Shown one piece after another: positions 1-12,692 of a stretch of 64,000 nucleotides of DNA. The DNA comes from Azolla caroliniana (Eukaryota; Plantae; Polypodiophyta): assembly GCA_043228905.1 (NCBI GenBank), contig JBHGNT010000006.1:4030001-4094000 (forward strand), given 5' to 3'. Position 1 is the stretch's first letter; every line of letters begins with the position of its first letter. A program made the translations under genes and the position numbers. The notes under the pieces are model-generated. The model was not told the DNA's origin and did not search any database. It saw only the letters and a program-made list of their open reading frames with translations.

Positions 1-1529
1 AATTTAACTGTATATGAAGGTTAATTTGAAAATGAAACTGTCAATCTTGACGGGCATATATTTTATAAAAACGTAAAAATGAAGGTTTTAAATTTGTTAA
101 TACTGTCAAATTTTGTTTAGGCCAAAACAATAGTACATGTATTAGTAGTTACAAATTACAATTCATAGGTTGTTGCATATAGTTTTATTTGAGAGGGTAA
201 ATGTGTAAACATATGTTATGTGATATGATAAAGGAGAAGAAGTGCCCGGGCATATGCATAGTCATAGATTGACACATGCGTGATATTCGCCATATTCTCC
301 ATGCGTGATATTCTCAATATTCGAGAATACAAAATGGCCCTAAGAATATTTAAAAACCATTCGTTTTGTAAAATAAATATACAAACAATTAATTAATTAA
401 TTAATTTAAAAATAAACCAATTTAATTCACTAAAAAAAAGAACAATTATTCATTAATAATTTATAAAAATATGATTAGTATAAACTCTCTTTTCTAGTGT
501 CAAATAAAAAAAGAGGAGAGTTTATGAACCTTTATTTTATTTAAATAATTGATTTTTTTATTTTTTAAAAACGAATATTTTTTTATTTACTATGGAAACA
601 TGATTAATGTGAAGTCTCAATTTTAATGTCACGTAAAAATATCCATAAATTTTGGGAAAAGAAAAGGTGAAGAATTAATGAACCTTTCTTTTATTTTATT
701 TATTTATTAAAAAATAAAGCGAAAAATTATTTTATTTTATTTATTTATTTGGTAAAGAATCAAGATCTCCAATGAAAATTTATTACTGTCAAGTCTCTCT
801 CAACTCTCTATTTTATTATCCCTTTTTTATTGTTAAGTCCCCCTTTTTTTCCTAAGAAACTAAAAGGAAGGAGTTCACCTCCTTTTTTTTGCTTTTTTTT
901 TAAACGAATACTTGACCACACGAATGTATGTGTATTCGTTTGCATTCGAATGGAAAATCCCACGAATGCGAATATGTCAATCTATGCAGCATAGTGTGAA
1001 AATAAAGTTAGGGCTTCTTCTATTTTCAACCATTCCTCTCTTTTGTTTGTTTGTTTGTTTGTTTCTCTCTCTCTCTCTCTCTCCCCACTTGCTTCTTACT
1101 TCTTTCTTGATTTCTCTCTCACTCTCTCCCTTGCTTTGATTAAGTTGTAATTCTTTCTTTCTTTCTTCTTTTTTTTCCAAAATGAATCTACTTTGCCATT
1201 AGTTAGGCAGGATTATTACAAAGAGACTATACAAGGAGGCTTATTACAAAGGAAGTGGATACCTATAGCTAAAAGTGGTGCCCTTCAATGTCGGCCAGTA
1301 CGAGCCGACACTTGGGGCCTATATTGAAGGGAGGCTACCATGTGAGTTTTTCTTTCTTTCTTTCTTTCTCGGGCTCTTTGCTTTGATCAAGTTATACTTT
1401 GTTCTTTCTTTCTTTCCCACCCTCTCTTTTACACACAAGTTATAATTGATCATTGATGGAATACATCCACAACTTTGCAACTTTGCATCTCTCACACACA
1501 AGCTATAATAGATCATTGATGTCAATGCA

Positions 1530-2040
1530 TGTCTTCAAATTTTACATGATGCAAAGGCTTGTGAAATAGAACTCTATAGGTTTGTTGACACTTTACGTTT
1601 AAATTGTGAAGGCTATACTATGCATGAAGCTTGGCATGTGTTTTGTAAAATGAAGGATTGGCAAGATAGTTTCCCTCATTTGATGAAATTATGGCACACT
1701 ACTTTGGTCATTCCATCTAGCACGGTTTGGTGTGAGAGAGGGTTCTCTAAGCAAAATCTCATCAAGCTGATGAAAAGAAATCGATTGAATATAGAACATT
1801 TAGATGATTTAATGCAAGTCTCATTGAATGGGCCACACATTAAAGAAATACAATGAGATTGCGTATATGAAATTTGGAAAGATGCAAAGGATAGAAGGGT
1901 ATAATATATTGTTGTGTACGAATATTCGATGTATTTACTTTTTGATGGGCAATTTTTTTGACAAACCGTCGTTTGACAGGCAAAAATTTTAGAATACCGT
2001 TCTCATGACAAGCAATGTTAGCCGTCAAAAGGGAACACTA
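1530..2040 (+). mobile_element. hAT DNA transposon remnant (C-terminal dimerisation domain and probable right end)
   Basis: ORF 1620-1856 reads FPHLMKLWHTTLVIPSSTVWCERGFSKQNLIK..RNRL..EHLDDLMQVSLNGP, matching the hAT dimerisation motif (P.SS..CER.FS...IK...RNRL). TTGAC/GTCAA subterminal-like motifs follow and end in GGGAACACTA at ~2040, a plausible TIR. Confidence 0.8.
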
Positions 2041-2304
2041 CTTGTGAATCAAAGAAGTACATTATAAAGAAGATTTGAATATCTTTCCCATATACATATG
2101 AAGAGCACAACAACATGTGACAAATGGCATTCATGTGCCTAATGGATATTTGCATGTGTCATAGATTTATAACGTAGAGGCTTTTTCCTACCTCCACTTA
2201 TTTGGATGAAGTTATTCGGACAGATATGTAATATAGAGGGTTTTTTCTACCTCTAAATTTTTTTATAGGTTGCGTTAATCCATAAGTCCTCCTTAGCTTG
2301 GGCA

Positions 2305-5005
2305 TCATATCTTGTGACATCGTTTCAACTCAGTGATAATTGCAAGCTCAAGCTTCCTTTGAATATGAATATCTTGATTCAATGTGGTATTCAAAATCTG
2401 CATTAAAACAAGTGAAGAAGCATATTAAGTCTATGGTTAGCTTTCAAGAGTAGGATGATTGCGTTGAACAAAAACAAAAACAAAAAATCAATTCCAACCA
2501 TTTTTACTTTAGGTTTTATTTTGGATATTTGAGTAAAGATCCATTTTAAGAAAAAAGAAACGATGAAACAAAGTGAATGGATTCATAGTCATTGGAAGAA
2601 TATCTGGTTTTTAAAATGAGTACAATTATTATACCCTAAGATCTAGCTAGCTTATATGAATTACACTCTTATCAGAACATAATAATAGGCCAATCAGTTG
2701 AAATGTGTTCCTTGTTTAAGTTCATGGACGTGTTCAAATAGGATTGGTTAGGGGGTAATGCTCATGAACTGCAAAAATCCTAAACAGACTGCTCTATGGC
2801 ACCCCACCCCTACAGTGAACAAAACACTACAACAAACTTACATTCAACCTAGTTCCAACCAAGATATGGGTGCCTAAGAGTGCTATATTCTTGTAGCCAT
2901 TATATATTTCTGTCAACCTTGTTAACGAGGTGAAGCGAATCTTACTGTTGTCAATCTAGATTCATTAGGTGCATAAAACACTATAATCTCACCTTGCCAT
3001 GGATACGGTGGAAGATGGTCGTGCCCCCGGACAGAGACGCGCTGCACACCTCGACCCTGTATCGGCGGAGCATCCGCATGATGCACGACCACACCCCGTC
3101 TAGCCCATGATGCGCTGTCTTGTGCTTCATGTGCACGGGATCGGCCCCGGCTCGACTGCCCGCCCACGCTTCCACACAAGTGGACACGTTGTGGCTGTAA
3201 TTCACCGTCACAAGCACATCGTGCTGGCTGCCGCCCCGTTTAGAGGTGTTTATCCGTACGGCTACATGGCATGCCTCAGCCGCTGCCGATGCATCGCCAA
3301 TGCTTTTGCTGTTGTTGTCGCCACCGTCTTCACCTTCTTCTTCTTCTTCTTCTTCTTCTCCTGCTGCTTCTTCTGATTCAAGATCTGATATGGATGCAAT
3401 GGCCGCCATTTTTTGGGCACCCACCACCGGGCGGCCCCCTCCGCTTCTTCTCCGGCCGAATAACTCACGAGGGCCGGCAAATACGCTATTGTTCACGATT
3501 AGTATATCAGGATGGGCAGACATGTTCCTGAGGATGTGTAGCACCTCCCTCCCCTTGCAGTGCACCTCCTTCAGCCTCCTCCGGAGCGACCGAATGTGCG
3601 CCATTACCTCTGTCAACACGGTCAGCCGGTCCGAAGCCTGCAATGACCAGTATCGATCAGTATCAGTATCAATCTTTCTCTCTATCAGTATCAATCTTTC
3701 TCTCTATCAGTATCAAACTTTCTATCTATCTATCTATCAGTATTGACCAGTATCAATCTTTCTATCTATCAGTATTGAACAGTATCAATCTTTCTATCTA
3801 TCAATCTATCTACCTATATATATATATATATATATTTAATGGTTGTGCCAAAACTGTTAGCATTGAATCACTGGTGGATACAGAGATTTCTTTCTTACTT
3901 TGGAGAGCTTAGAGAGGCTGGGCACCAGTGATTGGAGGAGGTTGAAGGTGTCGCTCATACTCTTCCTGCGTTGCCGCTCACACTGCACGTGCATCTCTCT
4001 CTGTGACATTTGATCTCCTTCTCTTGATCCTGTACCCACCTGCTTCCTCTTTTTCTTCTTCTCCTCCTCCTCCTCCTCCTCCTCCTCCTCCTCCTCCTCC
4101 TCCTCATCATCATCATCATCATCATTGTTATGGTTATGGTTATGGTTAGTGTTACTGAGAATTTCTTGCTGCTGCTGCCGCCTCCGCCGCTTATGTAGGA
4201 TGTTGCCCAGGTCCGGCCATGACCGCTTCTTGCTCTGAGTGTTGCTTCCCTGGTGCAGTGATGGCCATGGCGAGCTCCTGCGAGCTGAGGATGCAGCCCT
4301 CGTTGATATTGCTACGTTTCCATGGCGAGCATACTCCTCGTCATTCATCATCATCATCATCGTCATAGCCATGCACTCATGATCATCGACGACAGCAGCA
4401 TTATTGACGGCAAATATGTCGTCCACAGTATAGTCGCTGGGCTCACGACTCAGAAATGTAGGCCCAAGAAACGTCTCGTTATATTCCTGTATGAAGAAGC
4501 TCTGCTGCTTGTCACCGTCGACATTATTAGGCATGCTTTGAAGTGTGGGGACTTCGACAGCACTGGCAGGACCCGCAGCCTCCAGCTGCTGGATACCAAT
4601 TCCATGGCTAATATTTAGCAGAGAAGAAGAAGAATTACTGGCTAGCACATTATTACCAGTAGTAGTACCAGTAGTAGCTGCAGCAGTAGTAACAGTAGAA
4701 GAAGATGAGGAAGGGGAGGAGGAGGAGGAGATGGAGATGGAGATGGAGGATGGAGGATGGCCATGGCCATGGTGATGAGTAGCAATAGCAGGAAAGAACA
4801 GAATGTCCTTGTCGAAGCAAGCGCTTATATTGAGATCATCATGGTCATCGTCAGGACTAGCATTCATCATCATATGGTTAAGATGATGATTATACTGATC
4901 TGGAATATCATGGTATGGAGATTGAAGATCGGCAGACTCGGATGGCAAACTGATCAGATATAAGAAGTCATCATCAACAACATGATGGGTAGTAGGAGGA
5001 TCCAT
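2305..5005 (-). CDS. bHLH transcription factor with C-terminal ACT-like domain (subfamily Ib(1)/ZHOUPI-like), ~614 aa, 3 exons
   Basis: Exons 5005-3899, 3637-2993 and 2397-2305, all phase 0 with GT..AG introns. The spliced bHLH reads QREMHVQCERQRRKSMSDTFNLLQSLVPSLSKLSK|ASDRLTVLTEVMAHIRSL (H-E-R basic motif). The ACT-like tail is GVWSCIMRMLRRYRVEVCSASLS..IFHRIHGK|ILN..IQRKLELAII. Exon 3 is my inference; an unspliced stop exists at 2981. Confidence 0.85.
3645..3835. repeat. Intronic minisatellite (~22-bp CTTTCTCTCTATCAGTATCAAT units) plus (TA)n
   Basis: Repeated tatcagtatcaatctttc units within bHLH intron 1. Confidence 0.75.
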
Positions 5006-5041
5006 ACATACACATAAATCATATACAACAGATATTTATAA

Positions 5042-5082
<41 letters not shown>

Positions 5083-5664
5083 CTCGCTGCTGCTGAGATT
5101 ACTGAATTTATAGGTGCACAGAGATATTATTTTTTTGTCTCTCTTTTTCTGATCAAACAAACACTCTGGTGGTGGAATTAAAAGGGAGAGAGGAAAGCAA
5201 AATTCTTTTGAGTTTTCTGAGACTGATTCCCATCGCCCTTTCTTTCTTTCTTTCAATCATCCATCGTATGTATGTCGTATGTATGTATGTATGTATGTAT
5301 CAGTATGTATGTATGTATGTATCGGTATGTCCACAAGACGGGGGGAGGAGCCAGAAATAAGTTTGTAATGAGAGAGAGGGTCAGGATGAGCATTGAGGAT
5401 CATGGGGCATATATTTGCAACGTCTTAGCATTTGCAGCCAAGCAATTGGACTGGCGAATGAGCTGCAATGCAAAGCCTTCGTTTCTTTTCTTTTCTTTTC
5501 TTTTCTTCTCTTTTTCTTTTTCTTTTCGTACAGGGACATCCCACACGACAGACAGGCTTTGTCTCTGCATGTCTATTCTGCAGAGAAGGGTCTTCTCAGT
5601 CCAAATTTGGGCCATGCAGATGCTCCCAAGAGCAGATTTGACAGTTTTCCAGAAAGAGAGAGAG

Positions 5665-5696
5665 GGGTTAGGGTTAGGGTTAGGGTTAGGGTTAGG
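5665..5696 (+). repeat. Short (TTAGGG)n telomere-type tract
   Basis: gggtta gggtta gggtta gggtta gggtta gg, about 5 perfect units. Confidence 0.9.
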
Positions 5697-6037
5697 AAGG
5701 GAGGACCACTGATGATAGATACATACATACGGCACGTCGTTACAACAAAAAATAAACATGTGAAAGATAGATGGACAGTGGCCGCACACACACCCACTGT
5801 GTGCAATTAATGAATGAAAGTCACGAGGCAGGTGCAGGTGACCTAATAATACCCCCGTGTCCATGTCAATCAAGAAGCTTCTCATGAATTCATTCACCCC
5901 TCCCTTTTGCTTTCCATGGTGAATAGGACCCATATACATACATGATATACATCCATACATACATACGTCTCCCTTTTGACATTCTGACAAACCCACCATC
6001 CATTATTTATTTCTACGTACGTCACCGTCTCACAGGC

Positions 6038-6068
<31 letters not shown>

Positions 6069-6356
6069 TCTACACTACTAGAACTCTTTTCGACCCCCCA
6101 CTTCTTTTCGAGAGGCTTGGGTGGAAATAAAATTAGCATTAGTGTAAAGTCACTTCCTTTATCGAGTATACCACGTATTGTACCACTACTAGAACTCTTT
6201 TAGCTTAAGTTCTATGTTTACTTTATTTTATTTTAGTTATGATGACTGGATAAATACTCATTTTGTTGTAAACCAATTGTCTCATGGGCCAAATTTGGCC
6301 TTAGAAGACATTAATATATCTTTCTTTCTTCTTTCTTTCTCTCTCCCTCACTCTCC

Positions 6357-6390
<34 letters not shown>

Positions 6391-7243
6391 AATGAAACAA
6401 GCGCTTAAATTGAGATGGCAATGTCTCCTGTTAATGGCATCATAATATTAACCTTTTCTAAAGGTATTCTCACGCTTTCTACTACACAAGAATGCCCTTA
6501 CAAAATTTATGTCATCATCTCTTTCTCTCTCTAATCTCCCCCTATCCTCTCTAACCTCTCTATGTAATATGTACAATCTAATGTTCTGAACTTTTATAGT
6601 AAACTCTAGTAGATGTGGTCTCCACTATATAAATGTCCTTGTTGTAATAGTAGTAAACTCTGATCTGTTTGTTGCCTTTCACCTTCCTCTTGTGAAAAAC
6701 TCATCAAAATACGTAGCCATCTATTTCTCATTTAATTCACTACCAAAATGTGAAAAACAATGTCCTTTATCGCACATAATGTGTGACTAATCAACTTCAA
6801 TTATATGTTTTGAACTATGATATGAACATTTGACACAAATATATGCCAAATTACATGTGAATACTCTATGTCAATGTGTCATTAACCCAAACTCATCCCA
6901 TAATATGCTATTTTAATTAATCAAGCTAAGATTAGACATCATCATTTCCTTCCATTTTTCAAGCTTATATAGGGTTTCTACATTATGTACATTCTCCATT
7001 ATCTCACGATCATCTTCAAGACTTGTCCAAAATCAACAACATAATCTCATAAAAAACACGATCTCATCTACAATACCATGTAGTTGGGATCATTTTTAAA
7101 AAACACTTTTTATTATTCTAGCATATATACATCTATATTTCATACATGGGAATTATAGTTGGGGCCAATTTTACAATTTTTAAAATCATAACGCTTTTTA
7201 TTATTCTACCATATATACATCTATATTTCATACATGGGAATGG

Positions 7244-8575
7244 GATACATTGCAGAAGTTCTAGGAAAAAGTATAGAATGTTGGCGACGGTTTATGTCAC
7301 TACCACTACAAGATCAGGCCATCATACTACATGGAATTAGGGGCGGATGGACAATGAGATCAGAAATCATTAATGCTCTACTTATCAGGGAATCTGCTAC
7401 TCAAATGACGACAATGGAGAAATGGATAGGCCACGAGGAGGAGGGATCTCTGATCTCGAGAGGTATGGGACCACCAGACAGGCTCGAAGGCTCTGAATTG
7501 CGAGACACTGAGACACCAACATAGAATAACGCAATTCGAGTACTTGCGTATACTGGTCATAAATGGATTGTAGATCCTGATCCGATCAAAGTACAACCCG
7601 ATTGGCACATAAGTACTAATGAAAACACATGGCTACATAAGGTCAGTTGGGACCCTTTGCAATGGACATGGTGAGATCCCTACGCAGGGCAAGGTAGCAA
7701 ACCGATCCCTTTCTTCCAATTCACAACTAGATTGGGTCGCCACATTCTAGCTGCTCAAACCACCTGAGAGACGGTTGTTGCGAAGGTCTAGCACACATTT
7801 CAAGTTCCTCCCACAATAATCACCAAGTTTTGGCAGAAAATCTGGAAACAACAGCACATAAGACGAATTACCACGTTCCAATGGCTATTAATACATAAGT
7901 CCCTACCAGTGGGAGCATGGCAACATGGGAACCTTAGCTCTCCTAATTGTGTAGTGTCCCCACATACAATAGAATCAATACGACACGCTCTGTGGGACTG
8001 CCCAACGCCCAATCGAATATGGCGGGGGGTTGGCCGCTTGTTGCAATTATGCCAGGTGTAAGGCTCAATCAAGTGGGGAAATATATGTTGGCTATCATGG
8101 TAGACCGTAGTTGGCAGATACGAGCATCAAGACGAGGAGATGACTTTGATGATAAAAGCACAAGAGGTATTTTTCTCCTCCAACAATAATGTCCACTCCA
8201 CTCCTCTTAATGACAAATCTCAAGAGGTGTTGGAATTGATCAGCCCAATAACTCTTTGGATTCTATGGAAAAAACGATGCAGGCAAGTCTTCTCCAACCA
8301 AATCGTACATCCAATAAGGTTACTACAAGAGATATCGAGTGAAATTGTAGCCACTCTAAAGAGCCAATATGATGGCCTCAAGGGCGGCTCCGATGGAGTT
8401 GAAAGACAATGAATAGCCTTCATCCAACAATGGTCGTCCTCTCACTTTCTTGACTCAGTGGGCATCCACATAAGATGGAACTATCGCGTCCCTATAGGGA
8501 TTTGTACATAATTTTCTCATTTGTAAAATTGTATAACTAATGGAAGGAGTTTTTTGGGGGAAAATAAATAAATAA
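7244..8575 (+). mobile_element. 5'-truncated L1-like LINE (zf-RVT C-terminus) with A-rich tail and 10-bp TSD
   Basis: Broken frames give FWQKIWK, WLLIHKSLPVGAW, ESIRHALWDCP and TLWILWKKRCRQVF. The 3' end is TATAACTAATGGAAGGAGTTTTTTGGGGGAAAATAAATAAATAA. ATGGGAATGG lies at 7234-7243 and 8576-8585. Confidence 0.85.
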
Positions 8576-8889
8576 ATGGGAATGGTGAGACTTTAAATGG
8601 TGTAGATTCGACATTATGCACATCCATCTAGTGTATTAATATTTCTAACATGTGAGCATATAGAAGTCGAGATCCATGAAAGAAGGAAAGGGTAATCAAT
8701 TATAACACTTCGAAAGTGGGGTACATAATTACGATGGGAGATTGTGCCTTTCTAAACTACCAATAATGTGAAAGGGACAAGTTTAATAAAGTTCAGACTT
8801 GCTCATAAAGAGTCTCCTCCAATATGGACCCCATCATCTAGCATGAAACAAAGAGACACTACCACGGTCCACGACCTTACCAAGGATGT

Positions 8890-9091
8890 CCGATGTACTT
8901 CCAAATTTCTAATAAAACCTCAAGGAGGCACTCCCAACCATAAAGTTTATGTTACATGTACTGCAAAATTTCTAATAGAACCCCAAGGAGGCACTACAAG
9001 CCACATTAAGTTTATGTAAGATGAACTACCACATTTCTAATAGGGCCCAAGGAGGCACTACTAGCCACACTAAGCTCATGGAGGATGTACT
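8890..9091. repeat. Minisatellite, ~64-bp unit x3
   Basis: Recurring atttctaata...caaggaggcact...cca..taagtttatg unit. Confidence 0.8.
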
Positions 9092-9590
9092 TAGTAATCA
9101 ACAAGAAGTTCTATTTGAACCGAACCAAACTGAAACCACAACTTAATGGCTTAGCGGTTTCAATGTTTGGTTCAAGTTCAAGTCTTTGTAAATGGTTGGG
9201 ACTCAACAGTGTGGTTCGGCTATAATATTTATCGATTTAACAATTTTTTGTTTAAACGGTTGGAAAGGTCTAGAATTGACACTTGATTATGATTTTATTT
9301 TCTTAATTAATTTTTTGAGCATTTCAAATTTGAAGCTTAATTATGACATTTTAGCAAAAATCATAATTTTAAAATTTTGAATTGTGACCTAACTTGAAAA
9401 CCGAAACCGAACTATGAAATCGTGGTTTTAACAGTTTTCAAATCCCTAAAACTGTTTAGTTTAAGCTTAGAATATTTGTAACAATTCGGTTAAAATGGTT
9501 TGGTGGTTAGGTACAATTAGGTTTAAGTTTTGATTCTTTTTTAGGCGATTTTAGTTTACACCCTCAAATCGAACGGAAGCATTGCTAATT

Positions 9591-9990
9591 GCTAGATGTA
9601 CGTACTACCACATGCACTATATGGAGCCAAGGAGACACCACCCACCATCACCAATCTTATGGACGACATTTTACCACACGCGCTAATGAAGCCAAAGGAA
9701 GGAAAACACTGTAACCATCCACACAAGATAAAAGGTCATAAAGATGTGGATCAACAATATATCAATGATGGTCGTGCCGTGTCAAAACGAATATTTGACG
9801 CAAATCAAACCGAACCATTGCCGATTCCTAGATGTATGTACTACCACATGCACTATATGGAGCCAAGGCGACACTACCTACCAACACCAAGCTTATGGAG
9901 GCAATACACCACACATGCTAATGAAGCCAAAGGAAACAAAGCACTACCACCCACACAAGCGAAAAGGTCATAAAGATGTCGATCAATATA
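9591..9990. repeat. Tandem duplication of a ~235-bp unit
   Basis: ctagatgta.gtactaccacatgcactatatggagccaagg at ~9592 and ~9828; aaaaggtcataaagatgt.gatcaa at ~9730 and ~9962. Confidence 0.85.
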
Positions 9991-10010
9991 TATATGCATT
10001 ATAATATATG

Positions 10011-10051
<41 letters not shown>

Positions 10052-10552
10052 CAATTGCCCTATAAAATGATGGTTGTGCCGTGGGAAAATGAATAATTGA
10101 TTCTCCTAGGCAAGCGACATTTTGAGAGATTCTGACATTCGACCCAATATCACCACCTCTATCGCATGTATGTCCATGTCCAATTACGTTGTGATCAGTT
10201 GTTAAACATTTAACATTTGGAAGAGGGAGACAAAAGTGAAGAGACATCTTTCTCGTGACATGTAGTAAAGGCATGGTAGTTTCAAGGACATAATGGATGG
10301 AAGGGGGGGTGGTGGGGTTTGGGTTCATAAGGCAGAATATTCCATATACTCTGCCGCGTTTTGCTTTGCTTTTTGCTAAAGAAAAAGCACGCCGTTTTTC
10401 TATTTTTGAAAAGCACTAAAAAACTGTTTTTCTTGATTCTGGGTACACAAAAAAAAGGATATTTAAAAGTGAAGCAATCATGGTGAATATTACAATTTTC
10501 AGTATGATCTCTAATCAATGACTGGAGTAAGAATTGTGTAGAATGCAGCATA

Positions 10553-11727
10553 TCAAATGTGCCCATGAACGCCCATGACATAGTCATTATTGCCGTGTAG
10601 AGCAGCTAGCGCACTGATTACTATCGTGCAGATTAAGGAGCATGTTGGGAAATCGATTAATGATGATGGTGATGCGGAGCTGCCGGAATAAACTGTCGGT
10701 GGCGGCGGAACTGGTCCGGCAGCGGACATGGAAGGGGCAGGAACCTCCACCACAGGTGTCTGGTTTGATGCAAGCATCCCCGATTCATCGACCGGTGGTG
10801 GAACCTGAGGGTTCTTACTGTCAGGGCCTGCAAGATCGACATAAATCCGAGATTAACAACCACTTTTCAATGCTAATGTTTTCATGGAATAAGATTTGGA
10901 CAGACATACCTTCTGCACCGGAACTGGAACCGCCGCCGGGATAAGTGGTAGCCTGGGGCGACTGTGGTGATGATGACAGTGGAGATGCTACCCCTGCAGA
11001 TGGCGATGGCGATGGCGATGGTGGCAGCAATGGCAATGACAACGGACTCGATGGTGTCTCAGATGGTGGCCCTACATTTTCTCTTCAAAGTTAGCTCTGT
11101 CGATCCATCAACACCACAAATATTTTGGTGGAGAAAGTTCAGAGAATGTGTAGTCCAAATGTATATACCTGTGCCGGAGATGGGAGGAGTAGCAGGCGAC
11201 AAGTTAGGGCAACGGGCTTGGATGAAGCCCGCATCCAGACCACATGCAGAGGGGATTAGCCCTCTCAGATTCGGATAACTGGCACAGGCGGCATCGATCG
11301 CCCCACATGTGCAGGTCAAGTTGGAATCGCTTCCCTCGCCATGCCCATGCCCATACGCAGGAGCACCATCGCTGATGGGGACCGAAGGAACCATGAGCTG
11401 CTCTCGGATTGAGGCGCAGCACATGGCCTGCATTTCCTCATTATACGGCTCCTTCTTCGTGTCCGTCCACATTTGCGTCTCATCCACATTATCGGCAGAA
11501 CGACTGAATGCAGCGGTAGATTGAGGCATCTGATGATGATGATTCAGAAGCGGATCAGCCAAGCGCAGTAATTCCAGGTAGCCCACACAGGAGGCTATGA
11601 AACTGATAATGCTGCCGGAACAGTCTGGTGGAGGAGGAGGACTACTACTGCTACTGCTACTGCCACTGCTACTACTCGTCATGATCAACATGACTAGTCC
11701 AATATAAACGTAACCGATTGCAGGCAT
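10553..11727 (-). CDS. Divergent nsLTP/8-cysteine-motif protein with Pro/Ser-rich stalk and hydrophobic C-terminus (LTPG/xylogen-like), ~331 aa, 3 exons
   Basis: Exons 11727-11169, 11071-10910 and 10827-10553 (phase-1 GT..AG introns) join three annotated ORF pieces in frame. Hydrophobic N-terminus YVYIGLVMLIM; C..C..CC..CTC..C..C pattern; SPSPSP/AP-rich region; hydrophobic LICTIVISALAAL near the end. Confidence 0.8.
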
Positions 11728-12373
11728 TCTTGCTGATTCTGCTAATGCTAGTATAAATCAATGCTAGCAGAAGCAGATGATGATGGATGATCTCCTTCTT
11801 CCTCATCTTTGTTCGTTCTGTAGATCTTTTATAATAATTAGTCGCGCAAACTCTTGAGGCAGCGGTGCCTACTCCTCTGCTCCTCCTCCCACCCCTTCTT
11901 TCTCTCCCAAAATCTCGCCACCTAAAACCCTCACAATAACACCCCCTAAATTTGGAGGAGGTTTAGCCCCCACCATTGCTTGAAAGATAAGCCTTAAAGC
12001 CTTTTGGGCTTGACCCCTCCCCTCCTCTTCAATTGGGAGGCATGCATATTGCTCCACATCTTCATTCGTTGTTCGCCCACCCGACACTTCGAATCCATAG
12101 CTTTCGTAAACCAGGCCCCATCCCATGTCTCTCAGCTTGAACTAGAGCATTTGGCCTTTTCATCATCTTTCTATACACTTTTATGTACAGAAACCATAAT
12201 GTAAAACTATGTAATGATATAATCCTGGCTAGTCTGATAAAAAAAACATTAATGATAACATGCCATCACAATGTCGGGACGTGGGTTTTGTTACATGTGA
12301 TTCCTGTTTCTTCCGAAAAGAAACAAAAGGAGCAATGGAAAACATAAAAATTTACCATTGCTAAGGAAGGAAC

Positions 12374-12417
12374 ATATTGTGGTGTGCATGTGTGCGCACA
12401 CATGCACACCACAATAT
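12374..12417. repeat. Perfect 44-bp spacer-less palindrome
   Basis: ATATTGTGGTGTGCATGTGTGC|GCACACATGCACACCACAATAT; the right arm is the exact reverse complement of the left. Confidence 0.95.
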
Positions 12418-12692
12418 TAATGCTATAATTTATGTCTCCACTGTATTAAAAGAAAACCTAAACACATCATCCTTCCCATGTATAATTTGTTTGTACAAGT
12501 TCTTACAACGCATACACATATCCAAATGATCTACTTTACCATTAATCTCTTAACGCAATTCCCTTTTAGGTTTCTCTAAAATTTACCATCTACATGTGCT
12601 TTCTCTTTGGCATTGAGAAATTGTCCATTCGATTAAACTTCCCAAGTACTTTTACTTTTGATAGTAAGTCCTTTCAATCCCAATTAAACATT

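Noticed and set aside
9596-10004. ORFs with internal peptide repeats
   Set aside because: Explained by the DNA tandem duplication, which is read in different frames.
11850-12300. Possible solo LTR upstream of the LTP gene
   Set aside because: Ends in ...GTTACA, but I found no matching TG start, TSD, PBS or second copy.
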